From a virus (taxonomy: Duplodnaviria; Caudoviricetes), in the IMG/VR virus record IMGVR_UViG_3300025099_000030, positions 1-52,255 of that record: a DNA stretch of 52,255 nucleotides; one strand, 5' to 3'. Every line of letters starts with the position of its first letter. Position 1 is the stretch's first letter. Of the stretch, positions 35,674 to 45,415 are shown piece by piece. The notes below the pieces were generated by a model that had not been told where the DNA came from, did no database searches, and saw only the letters and a program-made list of their open reading frames with translations. The translations under genes were made by a program, and so were the position numbers.

Positions 35674-38600
35674 TGCAACAACTTACAGAAGAACAAAGAC
35701 AAAAACTAGACGGTATTGTTCAGCAAATGATCAATAACAGTGAGTCAGAAGCTAATATACAATTTGTTGTGAATGATTTTAAATCTAAATATACGGGAAA
35801 GACGGATGCCACTGCGGGGGAGACTGCGACTGTAGTGGCAGATCAACCAAGCGAATTGGGTTTGCAGTCGGAAAATGGTTTATCGGAGCAACAAGTAGAG
35901 CCTGAGGTTCCAACGTGGCTTGAAGAAACTTTTGGTCAAGATACTTTTGGTGTAGATTTTGCTAGCGATATGTATCGTGCTGTAAAATCAGGATGGAGAC
36001 AATCAAGTGCTGCTGGTGAAATAGCAGATGTTTTTGCAGGCGATGTTTCAGATGAAAAATTAAATGTATATAGAGATAGTATAAAATATATACAAGATAC
36101 AGCTCAGTCTGAAGAAATGCAGAATTACCAGCGCAACGTTCAAAAATATAAAGATGAAGGTGACGGCGGTTTTTTAGCAGGTTTAAAAGCTTTTGTAAAA
36201 AATCCTTCCATAGGGCCTGAAGTTATGTTATCTTCACTATCTCAAATGGTGGGTACTGCTGCGGAAGGCGGTGCGGTATCAGGATTAGTAGCCGGAGGCG
36301 CTGCCACTGGAGCTGCTGTTGGCGCTCCTACTGGTATAGGCGCTGTAGCGGGTGCTGTAGCTGGTGCTCAAGGTTCCGCTATGATGGCTATGGAATCATT
36401 GAATACTTTTAGCGAACTTCTACAGGAAAAGGTAAAAGACAATAACGGTAACTTTGATAACAATGAAGATCTTCGTAAAGTTTTAAACGATGAAGATCAA
36501 ATGAGTGATTTATACCGCAAAGCTATAGGTAGAGGTGTTGCTATTGGCGCAATAGAAGCTCTTTCTGGGGGTATTGCAGGTAAAGTAGGTGCAGTAGCCG
36601 GAAAAGGATTAGGTAAGCTTAAAAAGGCTGGTAGACTAGCCGGCGCAGTAGGCGTTGAAGCTGTGGGCGGGTCTTTAGGTGAAACAGCGGGTATGTTAGC
36701 GGCAGACCAAGAATTAGCTGGTGAAGAAATATTTTTAGAAGGTATAGCTGGTACAGCAATGGCTCCTGTATCTATTGCAGCTCAAACATTTACTGGTAAT
36801 CCACAATATGTAGTAAACGGTAAAAAAACTAAGCAAAACGAAGGCAAAGCAATTATAAAAGATATGGTTGCTAATTCTACAGATGAAGAATTTGCTGGTA
36901 TGCGCGTTAAAGTTAAAAACGATGACAAGCTAGCAGAAGAAGTTCAGAATCGACGTAGAAAAATAATAACAGAAAACAAAGAGGCTGTAAAGAAAAAAAT
37001 TCAGCCTGAAGTTGATTCTGATTTAAAAGCTAAACTTAAATTAAAGCTTAAAAAATCAAAAGCTCAATTAAAAGAAGTGCGAGAAACCGATGGCGATGCC
37101 GCGGCAGAAGCATTTGAAATTCAAATTGATAAATTAGAAAAACAACTTAAGAAAGTTGATGACTATATAGATTTTCAACTTGATGAGCTTAATGAAGATG
37201 AAATGCTAGATCTTATGAATATGGATGATGATATTTCATTATATCAATCTATATTAAATGATCCTAGCTCTTCTGAAACAGCTAAAGAGGCCGCCAAGCA
37301 ACAGCTTGAGGTTCTTAAGTCAGCGCAGCTTTTAACAGTAGCTAATACAGATTCTGCTGATATGGCTAACCCTGAGGGGCCTCAAAAGAAAAAAAATATT
37401 GATCTTTCTAAAAAAACACAAGAAGCATACGAAAAAAAAGGTAAAAATTCTTGGGGTGAGGTTTCTGAATTACAACAGGGGCTAATTAGGTCAATAGCAA
37501 CTTCATTCTGGTCTAAAATAGCACCAGACAAAAGAGTGGGTACTTATGACGATTTTGTAGCCGCTTTAACAACAGGCAAAGGTGGCTTAAGAGATTTAGT
37601 TAGAACATATGATCCGTCAACAGGTGTACCGCTTGCGGCATACTTAGCCAACAAAAAATCAGGATTACGAGTAAGAGCAAACAGACTTGTAAAAGGACTC
37701 GTCAAACAAGACATCGATAAAGATTTAGATAGTAAAGAGGCGTTGTCTCAATACTCAGAAGGAATTGATATTGATAAAATGGATTTAGGTCCCGAGTTTT
37801 TACACCAAAAATTAGGTTTAGGTAAAGAACTTGGCGATTTAACTAACGATGTAGAAGTTGGTTTACAAAAAACAATAGTAGAATTAGAAAAATTAGGCGA
37901 AGTTACTCAAAAGAAAAGACAAGCTGAAGCTGAAAAAGCTTTTAATTCTATATTTACAAATAAATACGATAAAGCTATTAAAAAGTTTATTGGTAGTAAT
38001 ACTAAAAACAACGATAGCTTTAGCAAATTTATAAATAATAATTTTGAAACATTAAAAACAATTGCTTTAGGCAATATTGATTTTCAAAAAGGTAAGGGTA
38101 TTTCAAAACATTGGAATAAATATCCACCGAGTAAACAAGACTTTTTAGATTATTATGAGGCTAAGAATGAACAAGCGTCAACTAGAAATGATAGAAAAAA
38201 TAAACTTGTAAAAGCAATTGAAGCACAGCTTGCCGCAGATGCTAGAAAATCTTATTTTGAGTCAAGACAAGCGGAACAAGAAGCTTTTAACATTGAACAA
38301 CAAATATCATTTCAACAAGCGCCGCAGGAAGTTAAAAAAATTAGAATATTTGACTTTGATGATACATTAGCTAAAAGTAATTCACAAGTGCTATACACGC
38401 TACCTGATGGGACTACTGGAAAGCTAAACGCAACTGAATATGCTAAAAGAGACCAAGAGCTAAAAGATAAAGGAGCTACGTTTGACTTTTCTGAATTTAG
38501 CAAAGTTATAGACGGTAAGAAGGGGCCTTTGTTTGAAGTAGCGCAAAAAATAAATGCCGCTAGAGGTAATGAAGATTTATTTGTTCTAACAGCTAGACCT

Positions 38601-41600
38601 GCAGATTCAGCTGGTCCAATACAAGAATTTTTAAAATTAGCTGGACTAGATTTTAGGAAAGAAAATATTATTGGTTTAGGTGACGGAACTGCGCAGGCTA
38701 AAGCTGATTGGGTGCAAGGCAAAATAAATGAAGGTTATAACGACTTTTATTTTGCAGACGACGCTATTAAGAATGTAGATGCTGTTAAAAATGCACTCGA
38801 CAATGCTGATGTTAAAGGTAAAGTACAGCAGGCTAAGGCGTATCAAGAGGCTGTTGAAGAGATAACTGCCGGAAGTGTTGAAGTTATGCCTGAAGCGCCA
38901 CAAGGAGACTTAGAAGGTCAATTAGACGACTTTAGAGATTTAGCTGAAACTTTAGGATTAGGAAGATTAGAGAGAACCAGCAATGAAATAAGAAAAAAAG
39001 TGCACGAAGGGTTAATGAATTTAGCCAAACAAGGGCGTTTATCTCTAGAGGCATTAGACTGGTTTAAAATGGGGTCAAGGGGGCGTAAAAAAGTTGATGG
39101 GCAAAGAGTTGATATGCCTGCGGGTGGTGGAATTTATTTTAACCAAACAGATCCTACGTATATAGATTTAAAAAACGCTATAATAGCGTCTAATGCTAAA
39201 CCTAATACTAAAATAAAACCATTAGCTGTTACACCAGAAGCTACTACAAAAGGTACTAAAGCATATACAGAAAATCAAAAAAGACAGGCGCAAAATGATA
39301 AAGCTTTTTCTGAATTTATTGGTTTTATTGACGAAATTATGCAAGAAGACGTACTATTAGCGGCTATTTTAATACATGATGCATCCGCAGCTACTGACGG
39401 CATAATAAAAGTTGTTGCTCCTCTGCGATATACAACTAAAAATTTAGAATTTGGCACTGAGGGGACAAAGTACGGTTCGGATTACAAGAAAAATGCCGTA
39501 AGAAACTGGAGAGATGAGCACACTATGACTGCTAGCACCGTTGCTAATTACATTGGTATTGCGGCTAAAAAGGCAAAAAACGGCGCTCGAAGTATATTGC
39601 CTTTAATTAAAAAACAATATTTTAGAACTTTACTTTCTTTAAAATATGACGAAATAGTTGAAAAAGGGGGATTTGCATCTACCATGCAAAAAACTTTTCG
39701 TTTAATTTATTCTAATACACTTGGTCGCTATTTCAATGATAGTACAAATTCTATAATGGGAGGGATGGATCCCACTAATTTAGTTAACATAGAAACAGGG
39801 CAAACAGTTGCAGAAGAGTTTGGCTTTAAAGAAAGAAGTGGTGTTTTATTAAATTTAGAATTAACAGAACAATTTAAAGATAAAACTCCAGATAAAATAC
39901 AATCTAAAATTGAGCTGCAAGAAGACAGTATACCGGATCCTGAATTATCAGGAAATGAAAGAGTAGAGGCTTTATCTGATTTATTGCAATCTGCTTATGG
40001 TACAAATGTATTTAAAACGAAAGACGAAGCTATTGAATATTTAGTAGGGCTTGGGGTTTCAAAACAAAAAGCAGAAGGGTACACTAATCAGAAAGGATTT
40101 AGACTTCCCGGAGCAATATTCATTAATGAAGAAAAAGCTGGTGTTGACACTGCAATGCATGAGTTTACTCACGAATGGGCGGATTTAGTAAATGACAAAG
40201 ATCCAGATTTATTCAATGCAATATATGATAAGCTAAGGGCTCATCCAAGATTTGAATCTGCTATAAAAAGAATGGCTGACTCAGATATATATTCTCTATA
40301 TGAGGTTGATTCATTCAAATACAAGAATGAAGTAATGGCTCATATATTAGGTGAAGAAGGTAAGTCGCTTTACGAATTATTTGAAGGTGATACTGAGGCA
40401 AAAACATTAATTGATAAATTCTTTGATTATGTTAGAGAAGCTTTAGGGTTTGATCCAACAATTAAAAACTTTGCTGATTTAACTGTGGAAGAAGTTACTA
40501 AGCTGGCTGTAAAGGATATATTAGAAGGTAATCCTGCAGCAAACTTTGACAAATTGCAAAACGTTGCTGAAGGTAAATCTTGGTTTCAAAAATCTGAAGC
40601 TAGTATTAGTAAAAGCGCTAAAGCAAAATCTGATCCTATAGTAAGAGCTTTAAATAAATTAAAGTTATCATATAGAGAAAATAAAAATTTAGCACAAGCT
40701 ATAAATGACGCATATACCGAAGTAGAAGGTATGATGGAGTTCATAGACTTTGTTAGGCTTATATCTAAAAATACTAAAGAAGTTCCTGCTGGTAAATCAA
40801 AAATGTTACTCATAGGAAAAGCTGAACTTATTAAAGCCGATAAGATTGCTCAAGAAAGCGCTAAAAAACAAGCTGAGGACAAAGTAAATGAAGAGCAGGC
40901 TTCTAAGCTGCAGTCTATGTTTAGAAGAATAATTTACCAAGCAAAGGGTGAAGGTGCTAAGGCATCAAGATGGTTTATTCCACCTAATGCTGAAGATTTT
41001 AAAGGTTTGCTATACGCATTCTTACCCAAAGGTCAATTAGGCGTTGATGCACGCAAATGGATGGAAAAGAATTTGCTAAAACCATATTCAAATGGTATTG
41101 CTACTCTTGACACTGAAATACTTCATAAGTCTAAAGCTTGGACTGATATGTCTAAAGGTTTTAACTTTGAAGAAAAAGTTGGTGGTACACCATATACTTT
41201 AGGTGATGCTATTAAAGTTTACAATGCACTTAAAGAAGGTGTTGATCCAGGTATTGCTAAGAAAAAACATTTAGATGCGCTTATACACGCTGTAGAAAGT
41301 AATTCTGAAGTATTAGACTTGGCCAACGAAGTTGCTGAATCATTCCCGATTAAACTTGAATCAGGTTGGCAAACAAGAGCGTTTGCTAAAGAGATTTATG
41401 ATTCTATTAATAATGGTGCACGTAAAAGACATCTTGAAACATTTAGTAATAATGTTGATGCTGTATTTACAGACGCAACACTTGATTTAATTGCAGACCA
41501 ATACGGTGAAAAATATAGACAAGCAATAGTATCTACGCTACGTAGAATGAAAAGCGGTAGAAATAGAGTGTCTACTGATGCTAATGCAAATGTTTATATG

Positions 41601-43148
41601 AACTGGTTAAATAGAGCAGTTGGAACAACAATGTTCTTAAATACTCGTTCTGCTGTATTGCAGTTACTATCTACATTAAACTTTATAGGTAAGCCTGGTA
41701 ATAATATATTCCAAGCTACTGCAGCATTTGCAAATCAAAAGCAATGGAAGGCAGACTATAATAAACTATGGAATAGTGATTATTTAGCTAATAGGCGAGA
41801 TGGCGCCAAGTTCGATGTATTAGCAGATGAAATTGCAGAAGGACCACAAGGATTAAATAAAATACTTAAGTTTGGTTTCTTGCCAACAAGATATGCGGAT
41901 AGCTTTGCTATTGCTCTTGGAGGTGCTGCATACTATAGAAATAGAGTTAACATGCTAATGAAGGAAGGAATGAGTGAGGCCGATGCCGAAGCTCAGGCTA
42001 TGATTGATTGGAGAGCTACTGCTGAAGAATCTCAGCAATCTTCTGATCCATCTAAAATTTCTGAAATACAAGCATCGTCAATTGGTAAAATAATATATGC
42101 TTTTGCTAACACACCGTTTCAGTATGCAAGGATAACAAAAAGAAAGTTACAAGATATTTCGTCTGGTAGATCTGCAGCGGCTGGTACTATGAGAACAGAT
42201 ATGCAATCTATATTGTATTATTCTGTTGGCCAAGCTATAATGTTTAATGCATTGCAAAGCGGCTTAGTAGCTTTACTTAATTCTAATGATGAAGAAGACG
42301 AAGAGTTAAAAGATGAAAAATATGCATTAATGTTAGAGCGTACTTTAACTTCTTTTGCTAAGTCTACAGGTAATCCCGGCGCTGTTGCATCAACTTTATA
42401 TGCAATGATGAAAGAAGGTTATATGCAGCAGACTGGTAAGAAAAGACCCGACGCTAATGCCTTCGCTATAACAGCTACATCTATATCTCCACCTTTGAAT
42501 TCTAAGATTAGAGATTTAGCCGGCGCTTATAGAGCTTTTAATAAAATAGAAGAGGGTGATACATTTACGCCTTCTTTAGATAATGAGGCTTTAACTATGG
42601 CAGGTGAAGTTGCATCATTTGGCGGTGTACCTTTGGATAGAGTAATAAGGAAAGCAAGACATTTAGCAGCAATTAAAAATGAAGAAGCCGAGTTATGGCA
42701 GAAGATTTGGATGCTTGCTGGGTGGAGTAGTTGGGAGCTTGGTGTTAAGGAAAGTAAAGACACTGAGTTTAAAGCTATAGATTTTAAAGATGTAGATTTT
42801 AAAGAAGTAGAGTTTAAAGAGTCTGCATTTAAAAAGTTAGAAGAAGGCATAGCCGGAAGAGCAAACAAAGATGGCACTATAGAGATAGACCCCAACCTAT
42901 CTCCTGTTGAACGTGAAAAAACTATTGCCCACGAAAAACAACACATAAAAGACATGAAAGCTGGTAAGCTAAATTATGACGATAATTATGTATATTGGAA
43001 CAATAGCAAGCACGAGCGTAAAAATGGCAAGATTATTTATAAAGGGAAATCTTATATAGAGGGCCATCCTAGTTTACCTTGGGAAAAGAAGGCATATAAT
43101 GCTGAACCGAGTACCAAAGATATTAAGCGTAAAAAATTATATGCTTAA
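35673..43148 (+). CDS. giant polyvalent internal virion protein (Gly-zipper, sigma-R2-like, HAD, HNH-like, two HExxH domains)
   Basis: 2491 aa; IFDFDDTL/LTAR/FADD HAD motifs; MHEFTHE and AHEKQH zincin motifs; LVRTYDPSTGVPLAAYL. Confidence 0.75.
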   Translation: MQQLTEEQRQKLDGIVQQMINNSESEANIQFVVNDFKSKYTGKTDATAGETATVVADQPSELGLQSENGLSEQQVEPEVPTWLEETFGQDTFGVDFASDMYRAVKSGWRQSSAAGEIADVFAGDVSDEKLNVYRDSIKYIQDTAQSEEMQNYQRNVQKYKDEGDGGFLAGLKAFVKNPSIGPEVMLSSLSQMVGTAAEGGAVSGLVAGGAATGAAVGAPTGIGAVAGAVAGAQGSAMMAMESLNTFSELLQEKVKDNNGNFDNNEDLRKVLNDEDQMSDLYRKAIGRGVAIGAIEALSGGIAGKVGAVAGKGLGKLKKAGRLAGAVGVEAVGGSLGETAGMLAADQELAGEEIFLEGIAGTAMAPVSIAAQTFTGNPQYVVNGKKTKQNEGKAIIKDMVANSTDEEFAGMRVKVKNDDKLAEEVQNRRRKIITENKEAVKKKIQPEVDSDLKAKLKLKLKKSKAQLKEVRETDGDAAAEAFEIQIDKLEKQLKKVDDYIDFQLDELNEDEMLDLMNMDDDISLYQSILNDPSSSETAKEAAKQQLEVLKSAQLLTVANTDSADMANPEGPQKKKNIDLSKKTQEAYEKKGKNSWGEVSELQQGLIRSIATSFWSKIAPDKRVGTYDDFVAALTTGKGGLRDLVRTYDPSTGVPLAAYLANKKSGLRVRANRLVKGLVKQDIDKDLDSKEALSQYSEGIDIDKMDLGPEFLHQKLGLGKELGDLTNDVEVGLQKTIVELEKLGEVTQKKRQAEAEKAFNSIFTNKYDKAIKKFIGSNTKNNDSFSKFINNNFETLKTIALGNIDFQKGKGISKHWNKYPPSKQDFLDYYEAKNEQASTRNDRKNKLVKAIEAQLAADARKSYFESRQAEQEAFNIEQQISFQQAPQEVKKIRIFDFDDTLAKSNSQVLYTLPDGTTGKLNATEYAKRDQELKDKGATFDFSEFSKVIDGKKGPLFEVAQKINAARGNEDLFVLTARPADSAGPIQEFLKLAGLDFRKENIIGLGDGTAQAKADWVQGKINEGYNDFYFADDAIKNVDAVKNALDNADVKGKVQQAKAYQEAVEEITAGSVEVMPEAPQGDLEGQLDDFRDLAETLGLGRLERTSNEIRKKVHEGLMNLAKQGRLSLEALDWFKMGSRGRKKVDGQRVDMPAGGGIYFNQTDPTYIDLKNAIIASNAKPNTKIKPLAVTPEATTKGTKAYTENQKRQAQNDKAFSEFIGFIDEIMQEDVLLAAILIHDASAATDGIIKVVAPLRYTTKNLEFGTEGTKYGSDYKKNAVRNWRDEHTMTASTVANYIGIAAKKAKNGARSILPLIKKQYFRTLLSLKYDEIVEKGGFASTMQKTFRLIYSNTLGRYFNDSTNSIMGGMDPTNLVNIETGQTVAEEFGFKERSGVLLNLELTEQFKDKTPDKIQSKIELQEDSIPDPELSGNERVEALSDLLQSAYGTNVFKTKDEAIEYLVGLGVSKQKAEGYTNQKGFRLPGAIFINEEKAGVDTAMHEFTHEWADLVNDKDPDLFNAIYDKLRAHPRFESAIKRMADSDIYSLYEVDSFKYKNEVMAHILGEEGKSLYELFEGDTEAKTLIDKFFDYVREALGFDPTIKNFADLTVEEVTKLAVKDILEGNPAANFDKLQNVAEGKSWFQKSEASISKSAKAKSDPIVRALNKLKLSYRENKNLAQAINDAYTEVEGMMEFIDFVRLISKNTKEVPAGKSKMLLIGKAELIKADKIAQESAKKQAEDKVNEEQASKLQSMFRRIIYQAKGEGAKASRWFIPPNAEDFKGLLYAFLPKGQLGVDARKWMEKNLLKPYSNGIATLDTEILHKSKAWTDMSKGFNFEEKVGGTPYTLGDAIKVYNALKEGVDPGIAKKKHLDALIHAVESNSEVLDLANEVAESFPIKLESGWQTRAFAKEIYDSINNGARKRHLETFSNNVDAVFTDATLDLIADQYGEKYRQAIVSTLRRMKSGRNRVSTDANANVYMNWLNRAVGTTMFLNTRSAVLQLLSTLNFIGKPGNNIFQATAAFANQKQWKADYNKLWNSDYLANRRDGAKFDVLADEIAEGPQGLNKILKFGFLPTRYADSFAIALGGAAYYRNRVNMLMKEGMSEADAEAQAMIDWRATAEESQQSSDPSKISEIQASSIGKIIYAFANTPFQYARITKRKLQDISSGRSAAAGTMRTDMQSILYYSVGQAIMFNALQSGLVALLNSNDEEDEELKDEKYALMLERTLTSFAKSTGNPGAVASTLYAMMKEGYMQQTGKKRPDANAFAITATSISPPLNSKIRDLAGAYRAFNKIEEGDTFTPSLDNEALTMAGEVASFGGVPLDRVIRKARHLAAIKNEEAELWQKIWMLAGWSSWELGVKESKDTEFKAIDFKDVDFKEVEFKESAFKKLEEGIAGRANKDGTIEIDPNLSPVEREKTIAHEKQHIKDMKAGKLNYDDNYVYWNNSKHERKNGKIIYKGKSYIEGHPSLPWEKKAYNAEPSTKDIKRKKLYA
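42765..42839 (+). repeat. 5 x 15-bp imperfect tandem repeat encoding (E/D/A)FKxx
   Basis: gagtttaaagctata gattttaaagatgta gattttaaagaagta gagtttaaagagtct gcatttaaaaagtta. Confidence 0.85.
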
Positions 43149-43149
43149 A

Positions 43150-43195
43150 TAAAAATAGGGGATGATACCAATTACGGCGTCATCCCCTTTAATTA
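43150..43195. terminator. bidirectional intrinsic terminator between convergent gene blocks
   Basis: GGGGATGATACC-AATTAC-GGCGTCATCCCC (43158-43187) with A-run on the left and TTT on the right. Confidence 0.85.
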
Positions 43196-43196
43196 T

Positions 43197-43385
43197 TTAA
43201 AATATTAAACCAATACCAAAACCAACGATAGGTCCGACAATAGCCCATATTTCTAAGAACCTAATTCTTTCAAGTTCTTTCTGCGTAAACACATTATCTT
43301 GCGTGTCTAAAATTAAATTAGCAGCTTTAGCTTTAGCTTCTAATAATTCTTTTTCTAACTTTTGTACTTTTTGTTTTAAAGTCAT
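43197..43385 (-). CDS. small coiled-coil protein with C-terminal transmembrane helix
   Basis: LKQKVQKLEKELLEA...IWAIVGPIVGFGIGLIF. Confidence 0.65.
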   Translation of the reverse strand: MTLKQKVQKLEKELLEAKAKAANLILDTQDNVFTQKELERIRFLEIWAIVGPIVGFGIGLIF

Positions 43386-43400
43386 AATATATAATTTAAA

Positions 43401-45143
43401 TTATCCATCGCAGCTTAAACAATCAGGATCCATAGCTGCTGCCGCTATATCTCCTCTTAATACAGATTCTGTACGTGTATAATACAAAGTTTTAATACCT
43501 CTTTTCCATGCTTCAATATGCACCTGGTTTAACCACCTAGGCGGTGCTTCTGATGGGAACGCAAGGTTTAAACTTACAGACTGGTCTATATAGTCTTGTC
43601 TTATACCTGCCTGCTTAACTAATTCCAGTTGATTTATTTCTTTAAATGTTTTAAATACATTGATTACTGGCTCTCCCCCTTCTTGGTTAAGTCTTCCTCC
43701 GTGATCGTAATACCATCCGTTAAGTTGTTTAATTCCTTGAACGGATCCACCATCTTCCAAAATTTTATCCCAAGTTTCTTTATTATTGATTCCAACTTTT
43801 CTTAATACTTTTTCTAATTCCTTATTTCTTCTAATAAATGTTCCCTTAGCACTTTGCTCGGTAAACACATTCGCAGCCCAAGGCTCAATGCCTGGTGAAA
43901 CATTGCCTGCAAGTTTTGAATTCGATACAGTTGGTGCAATAGCTCTTAAATGGGTATTACGGAAGCCTGTACCGGCACACCATAGCGGTTCGCCATAAGT
44001 TTCAGCTAATGCTCTTGACGCTCTTTCTGTTTCAATTTTTATTTTTGAAAATATTTCTCTCGTTTTAAATTGAGCTAGTAAGCCTTCAAATGCAATTCCA
44101 TTCTTCTGCAATAAACTATGCCAACCTAAAACCCCTAGGCCCAAGGCTCTGCCCTTTACAGCTGATCTCACAGAATTCTCGAACCCCCTCATGTTCTTCG
44201 CTCTCTGAATGAATTCTTCCAGGACACCGTCCAGGAACCAAGTAGCATCGTACACCAGATTTGTATTTTTCCATTCGTCGTATTTTTCTAAGTTAAGAGA
44301 TGATAAGCAACAAACAAAGCTATGTGATTCATCTGTATGTAATACTATTTCGCTACAGATGTTCGTCATATGTACTTTTAAGCTATTTTTCTTATATGCT
44401 TCTGGATTAGCTTTATTCGTGTTGCCTTTAAAAAGGATATATGGTTCACCAGTTGCTTTACGCTTTTGGAGTAGCTTTGCCCATCTTTGCCGAGCGTCTT
44501 GATCTCCCGCTTCAAGTCTTCGCATAAACTTATCGCCAACGACAGCACACTGGTGTAGGTTAAGAGATTGTCTATTGACGTCTCCTTTAGGTTCCCTAAT
44601 TTCAATCCAATCGAGGAAGTCATCGTGTTCAATATTAATATTAACTGATGCAGCTCCTCTTCTAACGCTACCTTGGTTGGTTGCGAGTATAGTTGAGTCG
44701 TAGATTTTGCAAAAAGGGACAACGCCGTCTGAAGTTCCATTACCTGTTATTTTAGCACCGGCAGGACGAATCATATTAATTCCGATACCAACACCCCCAC
44801 CGTGTTTTGCTAGTAACATCATTTCTAAATTTTTACCACCAATGTCTTGTATGCTGTCAGCAACATCAATGCCAAAACAACTGATAGGTAAACCTCTGTC
44901 TGTACCTGTATTAGACAGCACAGGAGACGCTAAACATAACCAACCCTGCCATATATACTCAAAAAACTTTTCGGCTAGTTCTGGCTTGTATAAACGCTTA
45001 GCTACTGCGTTGCAGACTCTCCAGTAGGCATCTTTGGGGGATTCTCCGTTAACCAAATATCCCCCGGATATAGTCTTTTTGTAAACTTCGGTATCTCCCC
45101 AGGTCGGGTAGTCTTCACCTTTTTTCCATTCATTATTCCACAT
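43401..45143 (-). CDS. nrdA: class I ribonucleotide reductase alpha subunit (short, no ATP cone)
   Basis: PISCF, GGGVG, TNICSEI catalytic loop, AIAPT, KTLYY, C-terminal CLSCDG. Confidence 0.95.
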   Translation of the reverse strand: MWNNEWKKGEDYPTWGDTEVYKKTISGGYLVNGESPKDAYWRVCNAVAKRLYKPELAEKFFEYIWQGWLCLASPVLSNTGTDRGLPISCFGIDVADSIQDIGGKNLEMMLLAKHGGGVGIGINMIRPAGAKITGNGTSDGVVPFCKIYDSTILATNQGSVRRGAASVNINIEHDDFLDWIEIREPKGDVNRQSLNLHQCAVVGDKFMRRLEAGDQDARQRWAKLLQKRKATGEPYILFKGNTNKANPEAYKKNSLKVHMTNICSEIVLHTDESHSFVCCLSSLNLEKYDEWKNTNLVYDATWFLDGVLEEFIQRAKNMRGFENSVRSAVKGRALGLGVLGWHSLLQKNGIAFEGLLAQFKTREIFSKIKIETERASRALAETYGEPLWCAGTGFRNTHLRAIAPTVSNSKLAGNVSPGIEPWAANVFTEQSAKGTFIRRNKELEKVLRKVGINNKETWDKILEDGGSVQGIKQLNGWYYDHGGRLNQEGGEPVINVFKTFKEINQLELVKQAGIRQDYIDQSVSLNLAFPSEAPPRWLNQVHIEAWKRGIKTLYYTRTESVLRGDIAAAAMDPDCLSCDG

Positions 45144-45415
45144 TATAAATTGTATAAATAAATTAAATAACCTAACACTAGGTTTATATTAATAATAACT
45201 AAATTCCATTGTTTAGCAATCCAAACCTGTGGCGTTAATAATAATCCACCAGTTATATACGTAAACGCACCAAGATTGCCATAGCCAAGTAAATAAGGTG
45301 ACAACATTATAAACGCAGACCCCATGTAGCCTAGTCTAGAAGATAATCTTTCAGCGGGAGACAGCTTACGTTCTTTGACCAAAGATTTAAGCCATTGTCT
45401 TTTTACTGAATTCAT
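45143..45415 (-). CDS. small 3-TM membrane protein
   Basis: Three hydrophobic segments with PQVW...KQWNL; start placed at ATGA overlap (45415) rather than 45436. Confidence 0.65.
   Translation of the reverse strand: MNSVKRQWLKSLVKERKLSPAERLSSRLGYMGSAFIMLSPYLLGYGNLGAFTYITGGLLLTPQVWIAKQWNLVIININLVLGYLIYLYNL

Noticed and set aside
38341-38370. DFDD in the giant protein as a crAss-type virion RNA polymerase DxDxD site
   Set aside because: It reads DFDDTL (HAD DxDxT) with HAD motifs II-IV following; there is no third Asp at the right spacing and no other RNAP motifs.
2395-42955. Many minus-strand ORFs of 60-140 aa opposite structural genes
   Set aside because: Antisense shadows of strongly coding + strand genes, with no coherent operon or motifs.
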